Shown here in pieces: positions 58,667-64,000 of a DNA stretch of 64,000 bases (position 1 is its first letter; each line of letters starts with the position of its first letter). The DNA lies in NCBI GenBank assembly GCA_964605525.1, contig CAZSCV010000002.1:69888-133887 (forward strand), in the 5' to 3' direction. The translations under genes were made by a program, and so were the position numbers. Source of the DNA: an uncultured Bdellovibrionales bacterium. Lineage in GTDB: Bacteria; Patescibacteriota; Minisyncoccia; Moranbacterales; UBA9337. Below the pieces are notes generated by a model. The model was not told where the DNA came from, did no database searches, and saw only the letters and a program-made list of their open reading frames with translations.

Positions 58667-59037
58667 TATTCTCCATGGTTGCATGTTGTTAAAAGATAAT
58701 TTACGATACCAAACAACATAAGATACTAGCATATGAAATAAATAATAGCAAGGCAATGTGTAGTTGATTGGCTAGATTTTGGCTAAAATAAAGACCAATA
58801 AGGAGTTTTGGGTTTTGGGCATTCACCCCTGACCCCTCTGCCCAAAATCCAAAACAAAAATCAAATTTTCTTAGTAATAAAACAAAGTTTAAACCAATAA
58901 AAATCGAGATAAAAAATTTACATCGCATATGATTAAATATGTTAGGCGACGGAGCTAAAACTCCAACACGGCGATCCATAGCCCGCGTCATAGCCCGCGA
59001 CTGTTAAAAGCATACCAAATATGGTATGCTTTTAGTA

Positions 59038-59714
59038 TACGAACACCAAATATCTGGTTTCACAAAAGAAAAATTTAACGGATATTTTTTATTTTTAATT
59101 GGCTCTTTTTAATTTTTTAAAAAAAGAAGTGTCTACACATGATATACACATGAGACACTCATAGATTACTCGGACAATCTTATTGCAGTCCGACCACTGA
59201 CTTTACTGCGATTACCCATGTTGAGTGCGAGGTAAAATGTGATGTCTTGAGTGCAGGATCTGGTTCTGACAGATTCTCCGCAGTTGAATCACTGGTCTTT
59301 TTGTAAAGATTGTGATTGACCTGCTTTTCTTCGTGCCAAAACATCATTCCGAAGCGTCCTCCAAACACTTCGTAGATTACAAAAAGGTCACCTACTGCCA
59401 AATCATCAAACTCCGGAAAACGCTTTTTCTTTTCCATCTTACTCCTCCTTGTTTGTTGTCAGAAATTTATGAAATTCATTGACTCAGCACTATACTCCAA
59501 AACCAAGAAAAAGTCAATCCCCGCGCCTTTAAAAAATTAAAAAGAGCCTTTATTTAATGTAAATATTCGTTAAATTTTTCTTTTGTTCCACCCAAATTCC
59601 GCGCTTTACGCTGGTTATAATCCAAAGTATAATTAAACTAATAAACCAAGAAGAATATCAAGGTTTTGTGCCATTAAACCAGTGCTAAACTTCAGATATT
59701 TGGATACGTTATCT
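59038..59714 (+). repeat. Expanded type B attC-like site B5 enclosing a gene
   Basis: AAC-A-CCAAATATCTG (59042)...CAGATATTTGG-ATAC-GTT (59708); inner inverted repeats about 59062-59121/59528-59586. Confidence 0.8.
59180..59437 (-). CDS. Hypothetical protein nested in attC B5
   Basis: AAGGAGGAG SD; TTGACT-17-TATAGT promoter (59517-59489); AGTGTCT/AGACACT hairpin plus T run downstream. Confidence 0.8.
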   Translation of the reverse strand: MEKKKRFPEFDDLAVGDLFVIYEVFGGRFGMMFWHEEKQVNHNLYKKTSDSTAENLSEPDPALKTSHFTSHSTWVIAVKSVVGLQ

Positions 59715-59774
59715 GATGTTTATTTTTATATAATGCAATTATTGGGGGATATTTATTTTTTAACCCAGAATTCA

Positions 59775-60086
59775 ATGAAGAATAAACAAGGATATATTTT
59801 TGTTGGACTAGCATCTCTGCTCTGGACATCAACCGCAGCAGTTAGTAAATTGCTTCTTGCTCATTTGAACGCCAGTACGGAAAAAATACCAGTCGCGGAC
59901 GCTTCTTTTGAATATATAGTGGAATTTGACTTGAGCGAAATGAGCAAATTGAAATATAAAAAATATATATTAAAGCAACGAAAATTAATTAACGAATCGG
60001 CTTATTCCGATTATTACAACAAAGAAAAATGTTTGAATCTTTTTGATAGAATAGAAAAAATTATCAACGATGACAGTAACGCTTAG
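59775..60086 (+). pseudogene. Probable chimeric remnant (EamA/DMT-like first helix fused to unrelated sequence)
   Basis: MKNKQGYIFVGLASLLWTSTAAVSKLLL resembles an EamA start, then turns hydrophilic; no closing attC seen. Confidence 0.45.
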
Positions 60087-60165
60087 ATGTAAATATTTTT
60101 TGATCCCACCTCGCTGCGTCGCGTCAATTTTGCGTCTGGCGTGAAATGGGATAAAATTAAAACTA

Positions 60166-61230
60166 ATGTGGATGAAAAATAAAAAAATAATATTCGTTTT
60201 GATTTTCGCCGTTTTGCTTGCGATGGTTTTGATTATTGTCGGCATGGGAAAATTTTCTTCGATGGAGCCGGACGGGGATTTGTCCGGATATGACCGGCGG
60301 GATTTCAATTTCACTTTGGAGCACGACGGAATGGAGCGGTCGTATATCGTCCATATCCCCGCCGGTTATGACAGGAATTCCGAAACGCCTTTGGTCATCG
60401 CCCTCCATGGCGGAGGAGGCGACGCCGCCAACGGTCCGGAATATTTCGGACTGAACCGGACATCCGATGAAAAAGGTTTTATTGTCGCGTATCCGGAAGG
60501 AAGCGGGAAGGAAGTTTTCGGGAAAACATTCGCGACTTGGAATGCGGGCAGGTGTTGCGGCGACGCTTTGCGGGAAAATGTCGATGACGTCGGATTTATT
60601 GCGGCGATGATCGGAAAAATGGAAACGGATTTTAATATCGATGGAAAAAGGATATTCGCGACCGGGATGTCCAACGGCGCGCAGATGGCGTACCGGCTGG
60701 CCTGCGAACTGTCGGGGAAAATCGCGGCGATCGCGCCCAGCGGTTCGCAAGGGACGTTTGATGATTGCCAGCCGGAAAGAGCGGTTCCGGTTTTCCACAT
60801 CCAGGGAAAGGCCGATCCTTGCAGTCCGTATTGGGGCGGGACGTGCGGAAGGTGTATGGCTGATTTCTGGCGGAAAATCGGCGTGCCGGCCCGTTATGAC
60901 GATTGGCAATGCGTTTCCATACCGGACTATGTCGATAAGTGGCGGACGATGAACGGCTGTTCCGAAAAAACAAATATAACTTTCAGAAACGGAGGCGCGG
61001 TCTGTTCGACATATGAAGGTTGCCAGCAGGATGCGGACGTGACCTTGTGCGCGGTTGACGGCTTGGGGCACAATTGGGCGGGAAGGGAAGGCTATAGCGT
61101 CCAAGCCTGCGAAACGGACCCGAGCGGAAAAGTATGCCAAGAGTGGGAAAGCGCCGTCGGTCCGTTAAGTCAAGACCTTCCGGCCAATGAAAAAATTTGG
61201 GAATTTTTTGAAAAGCACCCGCTGCCTTAA
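60166..61230 (+). CDS. LpqC/PHB-depolymerase-family alpha/beta hydrolase (secreted esterase)
   Basis: PLVIALHGGGG, FIVAYPEG, WNAG.CC, DDVGFI, ATGMSNGA, G.GHNW, IWEFF. Confidence 0.92.
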   Translation: MWMKNKKIIFVLIFAVLLAMVLIIVGMGKFSSMEPDGDLSGYDRRDFNFTLEHDGMERSYIVHIPAGYDRNSETPLVIALHGGGGDAANGPEYFGLNRTSDEKGFIVAYPEGSGKEVFGKTFATWNAGRCCGDALRENVDDVGFIAAMIGKMETDFNIDGKRIFATGMSNGAQMAYRLACELSGKIAAIAPSGSQGTFDDCQPERAVPVFHIQGKADPCSPYWGGTCGRCMADFWRKIGVPARYDDWQCVSIPDYVDKWRTMNGCSEKTNITFRNGGAVCSTYEGCQQDADVTLCAVDGLGHNWAGREGYSVQACETDPSGKVCQEWESAVGPLSQDLPANEKIWEFFEKHPLP

Positions 61231-61232
61231 TA

Positions 61233-62729
61233 TCAATACATCAGCACCGCTACCGGTTGCATTTTGGCTACTGATTTTATGATCTTATTTTCTTCCATTC
61301 CGGAAATCACTTCCTCGACATCTTTGTAATAGGAGCTGTCTTGTAAGACTACTCCTTTGGAAGCGGCATTGTATAATTTGACATGACGTTTTTCCATTTT
61401 TTCAAATAATTCTTTTTTGCTATGCGCGGCATCTTCTTGGCTTTCGGCGCGTTTTCCTGTTCCATGGCTTGCTGAAAAAAAGGATGAGTCATTTTCATCT
61501 GTTCCCACTCCCAAATAGGCAGGAGTACTCATTGAAGATGGAATGAAAACCGGCTCTCCGGTTTGGGAAAACAGAGGATGATTTTTCATTCTTTGCGGAC
61601 CATCGGCGCTTACAGTTCCATTGCGATGCACCCAAACATCTTCGCCGAAATGATCCTCTTTCCGATTGAAAATATGCGGAGTATCATAGAGCAAATCCAA
61701 TTCAACTTGTCTTCCGAAAACTCTTTCCAAAGCGCGATCCAGATTGTCAGTTAGAACTGCCCGATTGGCAAATCCGAAATTGGCACTGGCTTGGTGGGCG
61801 GTGAGATACATTTTTCCTTCCAGACTGTCCGCTTCGTAGCCCAAAAATTCATCAGAGTTTTGATATTTTTTTATTTTTTCGGCGATATTTTTGTATACTT
61901 GTTTTTTCTGGCTGTCGAAAAATGTTGTTCCAATCTTGAGCATCATTTTTTGACTGAAATGCTCTTTGGTTTTTGGCGTGTACATATATGACGCATATTG
62001 TCCGAAAAGTCCCGAGCCGGTGTGCATCAGAAAAATATATTGTCCGACCTTGAGGTTGAATTTTTCCGCAATTTCATTGTCCTTGATTTCTGTTATTTTC
62101 ATCAAATCCAAAAAGTGATTTCCGGCCGCTCCCAAAATTCCGAGGCGATATTTTCCCACGTGAAAAAAGAATTTCGGAATCGCATCAAAAATATCCCGCT
62201 GGCTGATTTCTGCTGGCACCATATTTCCATTCATTGAGGAATTTTCCAATTCGTTTTTTGTTCGACTTTTCAGGTGAGAAAGCAATGGGTTAATTCCTTT
62301 GTGGGCAATGTCGACTGCCAATTGGTATGGAATCTTATTGCCGACATATTTTTTTGTCGGAATAACCTCGATCAATTCTTTGAAAAGTTCGTCGATTTTT
62401 TCTTCTGTCAGATTCTGGTCATTCAAATCGGTACGCAAAAAACGCATTCCGCAATTAGGGGCGGTATCATTAATCTGAGGAAAGAGATGAGTTTTGCTCA
62501 CCACGATTGTTCCAGTTGGATTTTTGCGTCCCGCCTTGGGATGCACGTCGCTCATTGCGGCAATATGCGAAAAAAGACGCTTGTCTTTTCCGAGGTTTTC
62601 CAGTTGGTCGAAGGTGTGCTGGTTGGGCAAAAGAGCATCCGAAGTGTGAAAAATCACCGGAACACTCATTTCCTTGGTTTGAAATTGCTGAAGATGCGGG
62701 TTTATTTTTTTTGTTTTAGGCATTGACAT
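61233..62729 (-). CDS. rtcB: RtcB-family RNA ligase (divergent)
   Basis: DVH, P.G, NCGMR, GNHFL, HTGS, VHRNG, G.PVFIP.SM, SASHG.G, YKDV..V. Confidence 0.85.
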   Translation of the reverse strand: MSMPKTKKINPHLQQFQTKEMSVPVIFHTSDALLPNQHTFDQLENLGKDKRLFSHIAAMSDVHPKAGRKNPTGTIVVSKTHLFPQINDTAPNCGMRFLRTDLNDQNLTEEKIDELFKELIEVIPTKKYVGNKIPYQLAVDIAHKGINPLLSHLKSRTKNELENSSMNGNMVPAEISQRDIFDAIPKFFFHVGKYRLGILGAAGNHFLDLMKITEIKDNEIAEKFNLKVGQYIFLMHTGSGLFGQYASYMYTPKTKEHFSQKMMLKIGTTFFDSQKKQVYKNIAEKIKKYQNSDEFLGYEADSLEGKMYLTAHQASANFGFANRAVLTDNLDRALERVFGRQVELDLLYDTPHIFNRKEDHFGEDVWVHRNGTVSADGPQRMKNHPLFSQTGEPVFIPSSMSTPAYLGVGTDENDSSFFSASHGTGKRAESQEDAAHSKKELFEKMEKRHVKLYNAASKGVVLQDSSYYKDVEEVISGMEENKIIKSVAKMQPVAVLMY

Positions 62730-62864
62730 AAAATTATTTATGTAGTATTATATTGAGTTAATAGAGTTCGTTACCAATTTAAATGGAGGCATTGCTATGA
62801 AATATAATACCATAGTTGCCTCAGAAACGGAAGAATATACTTCATGAAAAATAAAGGAGGGGGG

Positions 62865-63167
62865 ATGAGAAAAACTTGTTTTTTAATCGCGGGGTTGTTG
62901 ATTTTTGTCTGTATCCTTGGGAATAATGCAGATAGTTTTTTTCCCAAGAATAAAGTTGCTAATTTAAACGGAGGGGTTGTTGCGGTCTTCATGACAATCC
63001 CCGATGGGGATATCATTGTTGAAGATCGGGCAAAATATCTCAACCTCCGTCCGGAGGATGAGGTTAGACTGCCTATCTCTGGAAAAATGGTTTCGGTGAA
63101 GTTTATCAACTTTTTCTTTCGCACATTCGACGAGGATGGCGCGGAAGTTTTGAGATCAATTCGATAA
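62865..63167 (+). CDS. Small secreted/membrane-anchored hypothetical protein
   Basis: AAGGAGGGGGG SD before ATG 62865; hydrophobic N-terminus. Confidence 0.7.
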   Translation: MRKTCFLIAGLLIFVCILGNNADSFFPKNKVANLNGGVVAVFMTIPDGDIIVEDRAKYLNLRPEDEVRLPISGKMVSVKFINFFFRTFDEDGAEVLRSIR

Positions 63168-63217
63168 TCCAGTCGCACAAGCTTCTGGCAAAATTTTAAA
63201 TGGGGGGATGGGTTGAG

Positions 63218-63559
63218 ATGAGTATCTGTCAATTTTCATTGGGTATTGTCCTTGCATCAATATTTCTTTGGGTCTCATTGATGTATTTCAGGCGCCCGAA
63301 GGATATCAATGAATGGGGAATTGGTTTCGGAATTTTGGCCGGAATATTAATCTCCGCAGCTATGTTTATTAATAGCTGCCCATTGCGTTATCATTCTCTG
63401 TTGGAAACTGAAATCGTTTCCATGATCGTCGCTTCCACAGGAATAGTCGCGGCGTATATAGCATTACTTATTCTCTTGGTAAGTTGTTTGAGGGAGAGTC
63501 GTACAATAATTGCGCGATTTATGAAAAACGTCCGAAAAAAAGAGGAGGAGGCTTCATGA
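63218..63559 (+). CDS. Small three-TM hypothetical protein
   Basis: Three hydrophobic segments; ATGA coupling to the next gene; start 63200 or 63218. Confidence 0.65.
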   Translation: MSICQFSLGIVLASIFLWVSLMYFRRPKDINEWGIGFGILAGILISAAMFINSCPLRYHSLLETEIVSMIVASTGIVAAYIALLILLVSCLRESRTIIARFMKNVRKKEEEAS

Positions 63560-63894
63560 AAACATGCACAAGAATTTTATTGATTATAGCAGTATGTTTT
63601 ATCTTTTCTGGTTGCGCTTCGAAGTCAACTCTTTATGAACCTTGTGAAGGGGAAATCGGTGAGGATGAGGATGGTGCGGCCATTGGCAGAGTCGCACTCT
63701 TTTCGGTTATTGTTAACGGAGAGAAGGCAACTCTCCGCAATTATGCTCCGGAAACATTGGGTGATCTTCGTCCGGGAGAGGAAGTTTTTTTCACGGATAT
63801 CAATGGTAAAAAAATCATCCAGGCCATTTTTACTGGATACGAAAAGATAATTATAGATGGGGTATCTGAAATCTCCATCCCAGAGGAGGAATAA
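63556..63894 (+). CDS. Putative lipoprotein
   Basis: GGAGGAGG SD; MKTCTRILLIIAVCFIFSG-C lipobox. Confidence 0.7.
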   Translation: MKTCTRILLIIAVCFIFSGCASKSTLYEPCEGEIGEDEDGAAIGRVALFSVIVNGEKATLRNYAPETLGDLRPGEEVFFTDINGKKIIQAIFTGYEKIIIDGVSEISIPEEE

Positions 63895-63896
63895 AC

Positions 63897-64000
63897 ATGA
63901 TATGGAAGGATATTTTAATCTTATTGATTATCTTGATTTTAACATTCGGTCCTTTTGTTTCATGGGTTATATCATTAGATCGTTACGTAAATGGATATCC
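63897..64000 (+). CDS. 5' part of a membrane protein (runs off the window)
   Basis: GAGGAGG SD; MIWKDILILLIILILTFGPFVSWVISLDRYVNGY... Confidence 0.6.
   Translation, partial: MIWKDILILLIILILTFGPFVSWVISLDRYVNGY

Larger units (their letters stand above)
55149..59714 (+). mobile_element. Integron-like cassette array without adjacent integrase (CALIN-like)
   Basis: At least 8 AAC...GTT hairpin sites; cassette start boxes are complementary to their own end boxes (GTTGGACGA/TCGTCCAAC, GTTATCGGA/TCCGACAAC, GTTGTACGA/TCGCACAAC, GTTCGGGGA/TCCCCGAAC). Confidence 0.85.

Noticed and set aside
55149-59714. CRISPR array interpretation of the repeats
   Set aside because: Repeats are 120-200 bp with gene-sized, irregular spacers and no cas genes; the AAC...GTT hairpin logic fits attC sites.
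60163-61140. 325-aa minus-strand ORF
   Set aside because: Antisense shadow of the GC-rich esterase, which has clear family motifs.
1-64000. Alternative genetic code (TGA=Gly/Trp) as in Gracilibacteria/Absconditabacteria
   Set aside because: Long conserved genes are intact under code 11 and TGA ends genes at expected positions (e.g. 6049, 15372, 36646).

Overview
AT-rich bacterial chromosome segment. Gene content points to a Patescibacteria/CPR (Parcubacteria-like) host (inference from DUF4012, RNHCP, DUF5656, degenerate HtrA, many GT-C glycosyltransferases, mostly SD-less housekeeping genes); it reads in genetic code 11. The backbone carries ispG, a DivIC/FtsB-PPIase-ferredoxin-HtrA-clpB block, rpmE, rpsB-tsf, ricT-like, a tRNA/rpmG cluster, a P-type ATPase, a polyprenyl synthetase, rpmB, a GT-C/GH28/flippase locus, a tmk-like kinase and an RtcB. 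Three mobile-DNA/RNA systems are invisible in the ORF track. (1) tRNA-Thr(GGT) is split by a compact 201-nt group I intron, with a free-standing LAGLIDADG-like gene whose stop codon lies inside the tRNA. (2) A tandem array of four recombinase-less modules sits at the tRNA-Trp 3' end; each ends in an orphan, recombinase-like C-terminal tail plus a GTGC(A) core, and a terminator hairpin follows each core. (3) An integrase-less integron-like array at 55.1-59.7 kb has a candidate attI, ORF-less cassettes and, most unusually, two complete transcription units nested inside the loop of attC-like hairpins whose arms covary across about 670 bp. All family assignments are from motif recognition by eye, not database searches.
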